Shown here piece by piece: positions 28,749 to 37,998 of a stretch of 64,000 nucleotides of DNA (position 1 is its first letter; each line of letters starts with the position of its first letter). Source of the stretch: Candidatus Saccharimonadales bacterium (GTDB lineage: Bacteria > Patescibacteriota > Saccharimonadia > Saccharimonadales > EFPC-124). The position numbers were made by a program, and so were the translations under genes. The stretch lies in the NCBI GenBank assembly GCA_035457345.1, contig DATIBT010000033.1, positions 2,390 through 66,389 on the forward strand. The letters are read 5' to 3'. Under the pieces are notes generated by a model, which was given only the letters and a program-made list of their open reading frames with translations, searched no databases and was not told the DNA's origin.

Positions 28749-29135
28749 TTACTCTAGTTTCCATGTAATTTTCTCTCCACCATTTGGCAAATAGTAGGCA
28801 GCACTTTTTTGGACGAGCACGTCATCTACATAGAAGTTCCAATATGTATTATCAGCTCCGCCCTTTACGCCGTTAATAGCGGTAACGAACGGGCCGTACG
28901 ATGAATGTTGTGTTTCTACGCTCGCATGTGCTTTGAGCTGATCAAGTATGCTCGTGCCTTCGCTGGCGATAAACGACAGCTCGGTCGTTTGGGCGGGTAG
29001 CCCCTGTTGGGTTACGGTTTCAGCGCCCTTTACGGCGGTGTGAGATGGTTTTTCGACCAATGTTAACGTAGTGATGCCGAGACCGATGGCCGCAAGCGCC
29101 AGTACACTGGTCGCAATAGTTTTTATTTTTTTCAT
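28749..29135 (-). CDS. DUF4430-domain secreted protein
   Basis: Signal peptide MKKIKTIATSVLALAAIGLG. DUF4430-like C-terminal motif YGPFVTAINGVKGGADNTYWNFYVDDVLVQKSAAYYLPNGGEKITW. Start at an internal Met. Confidence 0.5.
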   Translation of the reverse strand: MKKIKTIATSVLALAAIGLGITTLTLVEKPSHTAVKGAETVTQQGLPAQTTELSFIASEGTSILDQLKAHASVETQHSSYGPFVTAINGVKGGADNTYWNFYVDDVLVQKSAAYYLPNGGEKITWKLE

Positions 29136-29268
29136 ATCTTTTCCCCCATCGTCATTATTGCGCTTATGTAGCGTGAGGGTCAATATGTTTACGCTATATG
29201 TTGTGTATTAGACGATGCGGAACAGAGGTTGCGAGCTTACCGATGAAGTGCCATAATGGGTTTTGCAT

Positions 29269-29345
29269 CGGAGATTAGCGCAGCCTGGTAGCGCGCCGCG
29301 TTCGGGACGCGGAGGTCGTGGGTTCAAATCCCGCATCTCCGACCA
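29269..29345 (+). tRNA. tRNA-Pro (anticodon CGG)
   Basis: Acceptor CGGAGAT/ATCTCCG (C1-G72), D arm GCGC-AGCCTGGTA-GCGC, anticodon loop TTCGGGA, T arm AGGTC-GTGGG-TTCAAAT-CCCGC, discriminator A, CCA encoded. Confidence 0.88.
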
Positions 29346-29614
29346 TGATGTTATCCACAAAAAAGTTGCATGGTACCGTTCGGTATACCATAAGAATAGC
29401 CGGGGTGCTATGTGAAAAATTTATCATTCCACCCCTGTAGAACAAATCAAATTGAAGCCACAAAGAACCAATTTTACAAGATTGTTAAGTTAATGTAGTT
29501 TAGCATATACTGCGTGAGGCTCAATAATTTTGGTCTATGCAAGCCATGTATAGGCTTAGTTTTTGCTGCCAAAAAACTGTTTCTTCGTACCCAGCAATGG
29601 GGAAGGGAGTGAGC

Positions 29615-30160
29615 ATGCGGAACATGCTCAACAGGCTCAAGGGACGTACCGCGCTGCTGATCGCCGGTGCGGCCACCGCGGCGGCAATCGTCGGCGTGTC
29701 GGGCGGGGCGGCCTACGCGGTCATCACCGGCGCCACGTCCGGAACGGCCGTGCAGCATTCAATCGCCCGCAACGACACCGCGCTGCTGGTGCCCGGAGCA
29801 GCCAACACCTGGCAGACCGTCAGCGGCATGGTGCGGACCGTCTCGGTGCCGTCCGGCCAGCGGCGGCTGTTCATCGCCACGTACACCGCGGAGTCGCAGT
29901 GCACGGGCGGCAGCTGGTGCTCGGTGCGCATCGTGGTGCGCAACAACGCCACCGGCGCCGTGAGCGAGCTGTTGCCGGCCTCGGGCACGGACTACGCCTT
30001 CGACGCCCCGTCGACGGATCTGTGGGAAGGCCACGCCCGCACCCAGAGCACCAACTACCTGCCGGCGGGCAGCTACACCTTCTCCGTGCAGGCCAACCGG
30101 GTCGGCGGCAGCACGTTCCGCCTCGACGACATGCATTTCGAGGTCGTCGCGACCACCTGA
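29615..30160 (+). CDS. Secreted hypothetical protein encoded on a roughly 75% GC segment with actinobacterial-type codon usage
   Basis: RBS GGGAAGGGAG upstream of ATG 29615. Signal peptide MRNMLNRLKGRTALLIAGAATAAAIVGVSGGAAYA. Third codon positions almost all G/C. Two Cys; beta-rich; no recognisable family. Confidence 0.55.
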   Translation: MRNMLNRLKGRTALLIAGAATAAAIVGVSGGAAYAVITGATSGTAVQHSIARNDTALLVPGAANTWQTVSGMVRTVSVPSGQRRLFIATYTAESQCTGGSWCSVRIVVRNNATGAVSELLPASGTDYAFDAPSTDLWEGHARTQSTNYLPAGSYTFSVQANRVGGSTFRLDDMHFEVVATT

Positions 30161-30180
30161 CCCGCGGAGCAACAGTTGAA

Positions 30181-30213
30181 AGCCTCGGCCGCCCACCACG
30201 CGGGCGGCCGAGG
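30181..30213 (+). terminator. 13-bp GC-rich hairpin (gcctcggccgccc-accacgc-gggcggccgaggc) without U-tail, directly after the high-GC gene
   Basis: Perfect inverted repeat read in the sequence; this hairpin style is typical of high-GC Gram-positive terminators. Confidence 0.45.
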
Positions 30214-30243
30214 CCCCAACTATCCCCTGGCAGCCAGGTATTT

Positions 30244-31623
30244 ATGAGCAGTCCTCTTACGTTTACGCCGATTAAGCTTTACAATAGTGACATTATGCTT
30301 ATGTTTATTAAGCGCCTGTGGCACGACGCCGTACAGGGTGGCATTAAAGACAATGCCAGTGGCCCTCAGCGTGAGCTTGTCTATTTTATTAATGTGTATT
30401 CGTGGCTGGCTTTCTTGTCGTTGAGTGGTTTTGGCGTTCTGCACATTATCTCCGAAGGAAATCCGCAGTTAGGAAATCTTGAACTTCTTTGCGCCGCCGT
30501 TATCGTGTTGAATATGCTGGCACTGCGAGCCACCTACAACATTGCCATTGCTAGGTTTGGCCTCCTTGCCACTGTATTAACGGCACTCATTATTATGCTT
30601 ATGACCGGGGGCATGCAGAACACTGGCATTTTTTGGCTCTATGTATTCCCTGTCCTTGCATTCTTTTTGGCCGGGCGCCAAGGGGGTATTGCGTGGATGG
30701 CTGTGCTGTACGCAGCCATTTTCTTATTGTTCGCGCTTGAGAGGTACGAGTGGGTGGACATTCCGTATGCCCCTATTGTCTTGCGTCAGGCACTGATAAG
30801 CCTATTTGTGGTAACGATTGGCGTAGCCGTATATCAGCGCTCGCGCGATAAATATCAGAAAGAGGAGCAGGAAATTGATCAAGCTAAGAGCCAATTTGTG
30901 ACGCTGGCTTCGCACCAGCTCCGGACGCCCATTGCTGCGGTGAACTGGTTTGCAGAAATGCTCCTGAATGGCGATGCTGGCAAGCTCAACAAAGAGCAGC
31001 ACGATTACACGCGGCAGCTATACGCCAGCAACCGCCGGTTGTCTGGCATGGTAGATGTTATGCTACTTGTTTCCAGCCTGGAGCTCAATGAGTTGCGTAT
31101 TCGTTTGGAACCTACGGATATGGCGGCGTTGAGCCATCGGTCGTTAGAAGCGCAAATCCAAAAAGAGGGTAAGCACGACCTTCATATTGAAGAGCGGTAT
31201 GAAGATGGCTTGCCACGCATACGCGTAGACGCGCATGTCATGGGTATTATTATGCAGAATCTATTCTCGAACGCCCTTAAATATACTCCCAAAGGAGGCG
31301 CCGTAACAGTAACGATCAAGCGCAGCCCAGAGAAATTGACGATTGGCAGCAAGGGAAGCATAGAGATTGCGATAACAGATACAGGATACGGCATTCCTAC
31401 CTCACAACGGGACAAAGTGTTTGGCAAACTCTTCCGGGCAGATAATATAAAAATCAAAGACACTGACGGCACTGGCTTGGGGCTATATAGTGTGCGTGCC
31501 CTTTTATCGCAGGTGGGCGGCCGCATATGGTTTGAGTCCCAGGAAGACAAGGGCACGACGTTTTTTGTCCTTTTGCCTATTGAGGGTATGAAAAAACAAC
31601 ATGATTCCGAGGGAAAAAGGTGA
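30244..31623 (+). CDS. Sensor histidine kinase with N-terminal polytopic membrane sensor domain
   Basis: Six predicted TM helices, then HisKA (LASHQLRTPIAAVNWFAEML, phospho-His) and HATPase_c (N box NLFSNALKYTP, G1 DTGYGIP, G2 GTGLGLYSV). Start at ATG 30244 after the GC-rich segment. Confidence 0.85.
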   Translation: MSSPLTFTPIKLYNSDIMLMFIKRLWHDAVQGGIKDNASGPQRELVYFINVYSWLAFLSLSGFGVLHIISEGNPQLGNLELLCAAVIVLNMLALRATYNIAIARFGLLATVLTALIIMLMTGGMQNTGIFWLYVFPVLAFFLAGRQGGIAWMAVLYAAIFLLFALERYEWVDIPYAPIVLRQALISLFVVTIGVAVYQRSRDKYQKEEQEIDQAKSQFVTLASHQLRTPIAAVNWFAEMLLNGDAGKLNKEQHDYTRQLYASNRRLSGMVDVMLLVSSLELNELRIRLEPTDMAALSHRSLEAQIQKEGKHDLHIEERYEDGLPRIRVDAHVMGIIMQNLFSNALKYTPKGGAVTVTIKRSPEKLTIGSKGSIEIAITDTGYGIPTSQRDKVFGKLFRADNIKIKDTDGTGLGLYSVRALLSQVGGRIWFESQEDKGTTFFVLLPIEGMKKQHDSEGKR

Positions 31624-33524
31624 TGCATAAAGGTCTTTCATTACGGGTAAAACTTAGCTTGGCGTTTCTGTCGCTGGCCGTGCTAGTAGGCGCGGTGGGT
31701 GCGTTGCAAATTCAAACGCTCGAGCGCATAAGGACATTATTTGAAGACGTTATCACTGTTGATATTGGACGGCTAAACAAGATGCAGCTGGCTCACCAAC
31801 ACCTATTAGAGATGGAAGAAGAGCTTCTTCAGCATCAAATCGAAGGCACGGTGCCAGAGCACGGTGACGAAAAAGACGGTATTACCCACCAGGCCGAGGC
31901 AATCAAGAAAGAAATTAAAGAATATGCAGATTCCCCCCGGAATGGTGCGCCACTTGCACTAGATGTGGCGGCTACGAACGACACTATTGATAGGCTTGCC
32001 GCGCTTGCTCTCAGTTCAATTACGGCGACACACCATAACAACAAGGCACAAGCGCTCGCGGCCTTTGGTGAGTTCACTACGCTCCAAAGTCAGCTAGAAG
32101 GCGACATGGGACGAATCATTGCATCCGAGCGCGAGAGCATCTTAGGCGGCAGTGAGGAAGTAGTGGCAAGGATAAATGGGTTGGTCGCGACCGACATGCC
32201 CGTTGTGGGACTCATTATTGCGATAGCCGTGATCCTGGGGCTGTTGGTTGCCTCGCGTCTGACCAAGGCGCTCGCATTAGTCAGAAGAGGCGCTCAAGAC
32301 CTCGCCAATGGCAACTTGGCTAAGCGTGTCGAGGTGCGGTCCGGCGACGAGATCGGACAACTAGCCATGGCGTTCAACCAAATGGCTGATCGTTTGAGCG
32401 ATTCATACAGTCGCATCGCCCTGGAGGGTAAACGGGATGAAACTATTCTAGAGAGTTTAGGCGAAGGGCTTATTGCTCTCGATACTGACGCCCAGGTGGT
32501 GCTTATCAACTCTAAAGCGCTAGAGTTATTTGAGCTTTCAAGTCGCAACGGGGTTGTTGGCAAGAAGATTGCGAGCGCTGTGACCATCTATGGTGAGCAC
32601 GATGTTGTCTTGGAGCCCGAACAACACCCCGCCTTTGCTGTCCTGCAAACAGCTAAGCAGATTAACGAAAGCTACAGTTTTGTCCGTAAAGACGGGAAGA
32701 AAATTCTCATTAATATTATCGCCAGCCCGGTCCTGCTGGACGGAAAAGTTACCGGCGCAATTTTTGTTATCCGTGACGTCACCAAAGAGAAAGAGGTGGA
32801 CCGCATGAAGACCGAGTTTATCTCGCTCGCCTCCCACCAATTACGCACTCCCTTATCTGCCATTAAGTGGTTTACTGAGATGCTGGTGTCTGGCGATGCT
32901 GGAAAGCTTAATGCGGAGCAGTTGGATTTCGCTAAGAATGTAGCTGATTCTACAGAGCGCATGATTGAACTCGTTAATTCGTTGCTTAATATCTCCCGTA
33001 TTGAATCAGGACGCATTATTGTGGATCCTAAGCCAACCGACCTAAACGTTTTGGTGGGCGGCATTGTGAATGATCTTAAGGCTAAGACCGCTGAGCGGGA
33101 GCAGACACTCGTAGTCAGCATTCATAAGGATCTGCCTAAGATTAACCTTGACCCGCGATTAATCGGGCAGGTGTACATGAACTTTTTAACCAACGCCATA
33201 AAATACACGCCAAAGGGTGGTGAAATTACGGTGTTTGTCTCGCGCAAAGATGATGAGCTGGTGTCGCAGATATCTGACAACGGCTACGGTATCCCTAAGG
33301 CGCAGCAGGATAAATTATTCCAGAAGTTCTTTAGGGCCGACAATGTGTCGAAGGTGGAAACGGATGGCACCGGCCTTGGCTTGTACTTGGTGAAAGCAAT
33401 TATTGAATCGTCGGGCGGGCGTGTGTGGTTTAAGAGCGAAGAAAATAAAGGCACAACTTTTTGGTTTAGCTTGCCTATGAGCGGTATGAAAGCAAAGGAA
33501 GGGGAGGTTACGCTAGATGTCTAG
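31620..33524 (+). CDS. Sensor histidine kinase (TM-periplasmic-TM, HAMP, PAS, HisKA, HATPase_c)
   Basis: HAMP (LANGNLAKRVEVRSGDEIGQLAMAFNQMADRL), PAS-like segment, H box LASHQLRTPLSAIKWFTEML, N/G boxes (FLTNAIKYTP, DNGYGIP, GTGLGLYLV); ATGA overlap with the upstream HK. Confidence 0.88.
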   Translation: MMHKGLSLRVKLSLAFLSLAVLVGAVGALQIQTLERIRTLFEDVITVDIGRLNKMQLAHQHLLEMEEELLQHQIEGTVPEHGDEKDGITHQAEAIKKEIKEYADSPRNGAPLALDVAATNDTIDRLAALALSSITATHHNNKAQALAAFGEFTTLQSQLEGDMGRIIASERESILGGSEEVVARINGLVATDMPVVGLIIAIAVILGLLVASRLTKALALVRRGAQDLANGNLAKRVEVRSGDEIGQLAMAFNQMADRLSDSYSRIALEGKRDETILESLGEGLIALDTDAQVVLINSKALELFELSSRNGVVGKKIASAVTIYGEHDVVLEPEQHPAFAVLQTAKQINESYSFVRKDGKKILINIIASPVLLDGKVTGAIFVIRDVTKEKEVDRMKTEFISLASHQLRTPLSAIKWFTEMLVSGDAGKLNAEQLDFAKNVADSTERMIELVNSLLNISRIESGRIIVDPKPTDLNVLVGGIVNDLKAKTAEREQTLVVSIHKDLPKINLDPRLIGQVYMNFLTNAIKYTPKGGEITVFVSRKDDELVSQISDNGYGIPKAQQDKLFQKFFRADNVSKVETDGTGLGLYLVKAIIESSGGRVWFKSEENKGTTFWFSLPMSGMKAKEGEVTLDV

Positions 33525-33536
33525 GAGAATATCACA

Positions 33537-34298
33537 ATGAAACGGGCACGCTCGTTAGTACTATTTATACTACTGTTCAGCCTTATCTTGCCGGGGCTTA
33601 TGTGGTTTATGCCAGCCCCAGAAGTAAGCCGGTTTGGCCCCGATGGTTTTAAATTCCAGGCGGCTATAACAATGCTGCTTGCCTGGCTTCATGTAGGAGC
33701 GGCAATTTTGTTTGTGGCTGGGCTGGATGGATTTAAGGCAACGCTCAAGCGGGCGTACTTTGCTATATGTTTGGGATTGGTTGTAACGGCCGTTGCGGTT
33801 GCGCAGTTGCCATTGATCGCCATATTCAATTTATGGAATTCACCGTGGGCACTTAAAGGAGGCTTAACGCTGCCGATGATCGGTACGTTGTTGATATATG
33901 CTGGTGTTTACACGTTTGCAAGGGCGCTACAAATACGGCACGTGCCTACCTCGCCTTGGGTGGTGGTGCCGCTGTTTGTTGTAGCGGCAGGGGCGGTTGG
34001 CCTGGCCATGGACCCCTCTTTCGATCTCACTACTGCCGGCTACATAACAGGTCTTATACTGGGCACAGCAATAGTGTGGCTTACCTTCCGCATTAAGCAG
34101 ACGGCTGGGCCAGCCTACACAAATGCTCTTGCATGGTTTATGCTTCCGCCCCTGTTGAATACGTGCGGCGTGGGGCTGCTTATTATCTGGGCTCTAGCCA
34201 GAGAAGAGGCGCCTTGGTACGCAGCCATTCCTTTTGCATTTGTGGGCGCCTTGTATGTGAAGGCAGGGTACGCATTTAATAAGATTAAGGAGTATTAG
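33537..34298 (+). CDS. Polytopic membrane protein (paralog A)
   Basis: Seven or so hydrophobic helices; alignable with the protein at 34651 (e.g. FKATLKRAYFAICLGLVVTAVAVAQLPLIAIFNLWNSPW vs FKPTFKVAYLLLCAGVLCIGLGVVILPLITIFDPTESW). Confidence 0.5.
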   Translation: MKRARSLVLFILLFSLILPGLMWFMPAPEVSRFGPDGFKFQAAITMLLAWLHVGAAILFVAGLDGFKATLKRAYFAICLGLVVTAVAVAQLPLIAIFNLWNSPWALKGGLTLPMIGTLLIYAGVYTFARALQIRHVPTSPWVVVPLFVVAAGAVGLAMDPSFDLTTAGYITGLILGTAIVWLTFRIKQTAGPAYTNALAWFMLPPLLNTCGVGLLIIWALAREEAPWYAAIPFAFVGALYVKAGYAFNKIKEY

Positions 34299-34300
34299 GC

Positions 34301-34654
34301 ATGTCGTGGCTATCATCGTTCTTTGGCACCTCAGAAACTCGCCCCTCGACAAGTCCAGAAGGGGCGACGGCGGTAGATGTCATTACCTACCTTGCTTCGT
34401 TGGCTTCTAACCCTCGCGAGATTGACCCTATTCTAGACCGGCTTCGTGAAGTCACTGTCCGGCAAGGAAAAAATACCACATTAACAGAGGCTGATCAGGC
34501 CGCGCTGGCTGAAGTATTTCAGCAGCTCTTGCGCTATTTGGTAGAGCGGGAGCCGCTGCGTGCTTTTACTCGCGAGGAAATTTTAGCGAAGGTCCATGGG
34601 CAATTTAAACCTGCCCCAACCGAAACTGTATTTTGGGGAAAGGCGGGGTTATGA
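34301..34654 (+). CDS. Small soluble hypothetical protein between the two paralogous membrane proteins
   Basis: 117-aa ORF, tightly coupled (3-nt gap upstream, ATGA overlap downstream). Confidence 0.35.
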   Translation: MSWLSSFFGTSETRPSTSPEGATAVDVITYLASLASNPREIDPILDRLREVTVRQGKNTTLTEADQAALAEVFQQLLRYLVEREPLRAFTREEILAKVHGQFKPAPTETVFWGKAGL

Positions 34655-35451
34655 AAAGAATCGACCGATTATTATGGGCAATGGTAGCGATAGTGTTCGG
34701 GCTGTCATTGCTATCCCTGCTCATTCCTCAACCGTCAAGCAGCGTTGTAGACGTGCTTGCGTTCCACTTTGATTTGGCGCTGATACTCTTTGGCGCTGGC
34801 CTTTTTGTCCCGGCAGTTGTGCTGTTTGTGCGTGGCCTGCGCGGTTTTAAGCCAACGTTTAAAGTGGCTTATTTGTTACTGTGCGCCGGCGTGTTATGTA
34901 TTGGGCTGGGCGTAGTGATTTTGCCGCTGATAACTATTTTTGATCCTACCGAATCGTGGCGCAACAACCCCATAGTGGTAGTACTGCCCTTTATTGTCTC
35001 GGGCGCCTTGATTTATGCCGGCATGCTTTTATATGCTCGGCTTTTACAGGTGGCCAGTATTTGGTCTAAGCCGTGGTTTGTGCTGGCATTCATTCTGGGT
35101 GGCCTGGCCATTACCATTTTTTTGCCGCACGCAGACGTACCGGATGAAACCGCACTCGATGTATTAAATGCCATGGTAATGTGGGTAGGACTCTTTATTT
35201 TTGCGGCAGCCATGCTCATTATGGCTATTAAGCGCCAAACAAGTAGCATTTATACGAATAGTCTGGCTTGGCTGTTTTTTGCCTTAATAAGCAGTGTGCT
35301 TACGCCAGTGCTAACCGTGTTGTTTGGGCTGTTTGCATACGATGCATGGCTCAGCGATGCATTAGTGGATTTTTGTGTATTTATTTCGGGAGTGCTATAT
35401 ATGCGTTCTGGCTATGCATTCGTGCAGATTACGGCCCCAGATATTAACTAA
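34651..35451 (+). CDS. Polytopic membrane protein (paralog B)
   Basis: Start at ATG 34651 (ATGA overlap with the upstream stop, RBS-like GGGAAAGGCGGGG); paralogous to 33537..34298. Confidence 0.5.
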   Translation: MKRIDRLLWAMVAIVFGLSLLSLLIPQPSSSVVDVLAFHFDLALILFGAGLFVPAVVLFVRGLRGFKPTFKVAYLLLCAGVLCIGLGVVILPLITIFDPTESWRNNPIVVVLPFIVSGALIYAGMLLYARLLQVASIWSKPWFVLAFILGGLAITIFLPHADVPDETALDVLNAMVMWVGLFIFAAAMLIMAIKRQTSSIYTNSLAWLFFALISSVLTPVLTVLFGLFAYDAWLSDALVDFCVFISGVLYMRSGYAFVQITAPDIN

Positions 35452-35470
35452 GTTATGCTAAAGTAAAGGT

Positions 35471-35884
35471 ATGTCGAGAGAAAACCCAACCATTATGGTG
35501 GTGGAAGATGAGACTCTTCTGCTGCAAGCAATTACTAAAAAACTCAAATTATCCGGGCTTGACGTTGTCTCGTGCGCCAGTGGGCAGCAAGCGGTTGACT
35601 ACCTGAGTAACCTTGATGAACTCCCCGATGCCGTCTGGCTCGATTATTACCTGAAGGATATGAACGGGCTGGCATTCATGCAGACCCTCAAAGAGAATGC
35701 TAAATGGTCAGATATTCCAGTGATTGTGGTTAGCAACTCGGCTAGTCCGGAGAAGGTGCATAACATGCTGGGATTGGGCGCAAAGAAGTACATACTAAAG
35801 GCTGAATATCGTTTAGATGAAATTATCGAAATGATCCGCGACTTTATTAGGGACGGTAGCGACAGCAAGGAGGCAAAGAAGTAA
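35471..35884 (+). CDS. Stand-alone response-regulator receiver (CheY-like) protein
   Basis: REC domain only (137 aa): acidic pocket VVEDE, phospho-acceptor region AVWLDYYLKDMNG, conserved Lys in KKYILK. Confidence 0.8.
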   Translation: MSRENPTIMVVEDETLLLQAITKKLKLSGLDVVSCASGQQAVDYLSNLDELPDAVWLDYYLKDMNGLAFMQTLKENAKWSDIPVIVVSNSASPEKVHNMLGLGAKKYILKAEYRLDEIIEMIRDFIRDGSDSKEAKK

Positions 35885-36255
35885 TGGGCAAGGTATTGGT
35901 TATTGAGGATGACAAGTTTTTGGCAAGCGCGTACCGCGCCAAATTGACCAAGAGCGGGTTTGAAGTACAACTGGCTGGAGACGGCGAAGAAGGAATACAA
36001 ATGCTTGGCAGCTTCACGCCTGATATTATTTTGCTCGACCTTGTCATGCCTCGTAAGGACGGCTTTGCCACCCTCCCCGAAATCCGTAAGATTTTGAAAG
36101 ATGTGCCGGTAATTGTTACGTCTAATCTAGGGCAAAAAGAAGACCTCGATAAAGCCATGGCGCTTGGTGCTACTGACTACCTTATTAAGAGTGATCTTTC
36201 CATGGTTGCATTGATCAACAAAATAAACGACACCATAAAGCCCAGCTCTAGTTAA
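35884..36255 (+). CDS. Stand-alone response-regulator receiver (CheY-like) protein
   Basis: REC domain only (123 aa): VIEDD, DIILLDLVMPRKDG (phospho-Asp), TSNLGQ, ATDYLIK (conserved Lys); ATGA overlap with the upstream gene. Confidence 0.85.
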   Translation: MGKVLVIEDDKFLASAYRAKLTKSGFEVQLAGDGEEGIQMLGSFTPDIILLDLVMPRKDGFATLPEIRKILKDVPVIVTSNLGQKEDLDKAMALGATDYLIKSDLSMVALINKINDTIKPSSS

Positions 36256-36276
36256 GCTGGATAGGGAATACGCGGC

Positions 36277-37998
36277 ATGGTGGGCACCTACGCTGGTATA
36301 GATGACAAAAAGCTATACGATATTCTGAGCGAGCTTAATTATGTGCCCGAGGAAGAGCTCAAGCGAGCCCAGGCAATTGCAAGCGCTGAGAGTATCTCTT
36401 TATACGATGCCCTGCTAAAAAGTGACATTATATCCGACGAAAACCTAGGCAAGCTCATTGCCTATTCTTTGCAGTTACCGTTTACGTCGTTAGCACAAGC
36501 AAGCATTCCAGAAGACATACTTCACATTACCCCTCAGGCGGTGGCTGCGCAGTTTCATGTGCTCACATATGGCATGGACGAAGAGAAGGGTTTAAAGATT
36601 GCCGCCTCAAACCATTTGCAGACAGATGTATTTGACATGCTGGCTAAGAAAGCTGGCGTTAAGAACTACCGTGTCTTTTTTGCTACTGACCGAGATATAC
36701 AAGACGCCCTTCGATTGTACAAAAAAGAGTTAGGCCTGGCGTTTGAAAGTCTGCTTGCTTCTAAGACGGGGGACGTCCAGGTTGAAGTGCCGGTTGCGAA
36801 GATTGTGGATACGGTCATTGACTATGCTTATATTAACAAAGCTTCCGACGTGCATATTGAACCAACGCGCGGTGTGACCTTGGTGCGTTTTAGGATAGAC
36901 GGTATTTTGCATGACATGGTGCGTCTCCCTCATGCCACACATGGTCAGCTGGTAGCCCGTATTAAGGTGTTGGCACGCCTCCGTACAGATGAGCACTTTA
37001 GTGCCCAGGATGGCCGCATGCGAATGAGCGTGGAGCAAGAAGACCTCGACGTCCGCGTATCGATTGTGCCCACAGTAACGGGCGAGAAGGTGGTGCTTAG
37101 GTTGCTTTCCAGCCACAACAGGCAGTTTAGCTTAACGGATTTAGGCATGGGCGAAGCCGATCTTAAAAAGATCCGCGCCGGATTTATGCGTCCATTTGGC
37201 ATGGTTATGTCTACCGGGCCAACAGGATCGGGTAAGACCACCAGTATGTACGCTATCTTAAAGATCTTAAACACGCGCGAAAAAAATATTGCCACCATTG
37301 AAGATCCAGTTGAATACGAAATTGACGGTATTAACCAGATTCAGGCAAACCCCAAAACCAATCTGACATTTGCGAACGGCTTACGGTCGCTGCTTCGCCA
37401 AGACCCTGACATTATGTACGTTGGTGAAATCCGCGACGAAGAGACCGCCGACATTGCCATTAATTCTGCCATGACCGGCCACCTCGTGCTATCTACCCTC
37501 CACACAAACAATGCAGCCACGACGCTGCCACGGTTGATGGACATGAAGATTGAGCCGTTCTTGGTCGCAAGCACGGTGAACGTTATTATTGGCCAGCGTT
37601 TGGTGCGCAAAATCTGCGATCGCTGCCGGGTGAGTTTTGAGCTTAAAAAGACAGAGCATGGCTGGCACGGTGAAGAAGAGGCAACGGCAACGCAGCTCTC
37701 CCACATAGACCCTAAGCAACTGTCCCGGCACTTTGGCGACGGGTCGAGTGTGCGATTGTATAAAGGCAAGGGGTGTAATGTGTGCCACGAAACAGGCTAC
37801 CGGGGCCGCGTGGGAATCTTTGAAGTGCTAGAGGTGTCGCCAAAAATTGAGGCGCTTATTACCCAAAAGGCAGATGCCGATGCCATCTTACAGCAAGCAA
37901 TAAGCGAAGGTATGACGACCATGATGGACGACGGCTTAGATAAGGTGCAACAAGGCATTACGACCGTCGGTGAGATAATGAGGGCGACCCGGGCATGA
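36277..37998 (+). CDS. Second PilB/GspE-family secretion ATPase
   Basis: GSPII_E_N-like N-domain, Walker A GPTGSGKTT, His box, tetracysteine CDRCR...CNVCHETGYRGR; paralog of the pilB at 17417. Confidence 0.9.
   Translation: MVGTYAGIDDKKLYDILSELNYVPEEELKRAQAIASAESISLYDALLKSDIISDENLGKLIAYSLQLPFTSLAQASIPEDILHITPQAVAAQFHVLTYGMDEEKGLKIAASNHLQTDVFDMLAKKAGVKNYRVFFATDRDIQDALRLYKKELGLAFESLLASKTGDVQVEVPVAKIVDTVIDYAYINKASDVHIEPTRGVTLVRFRIDGILHDMVRLPHATHGQLVARIKVLARLRTDEHFSAQDGRMRMSVEQEDLDVRVSIVPTVTGEKVVLRLLSSHNRQFSLTDLGMGEADLKKIRAGFMRPFGMVMSTGPTGSGKTTSMYAILKILNTREKNIATIEDPVEYEIDGINQIQANPKTNLTFANGLRSLLRQDPDIMYVGEIRDEETADIAINSAMTGHLVLSTLHTNNAATTLPRLMDMKIEPFLVASTVNVIIGQRLVRKICDRCRVSFELKKTEHGWHGEEEATATQLSHIDPKQLSRHFGDGSSVRLYKGKGCNVCHETGYRGRVGIFEVLEVSPKIEALITQKADADAILQQAISEGMTTMMDDGLDKVQQGITTVGEIMRATRA

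Noticed and set aside
29667-30199. Several overlapping ORFs on both strands inside the 29.6-30.2 kb segment (e.g. 29667-29963, 29759-30199)
   Set aside because: Stop-codon depletion at 75% GC; only the frame with GC3 near 100% and a signal peptide is credible.
29563-31623. 686-aa ORF running from the high-GC island through the histidine kinase
   Set aside because: The first about 680 nt are an alternative frame of the GC-rich segment; G/C-rich DNA gives long stop-free frames in every phase, and this stretch is Arg/Gly/Pro-rich nonsense. The kinase has a sensible start at ATG 30244, and the island's real gene is the GC3-biased frame 29615-30160.
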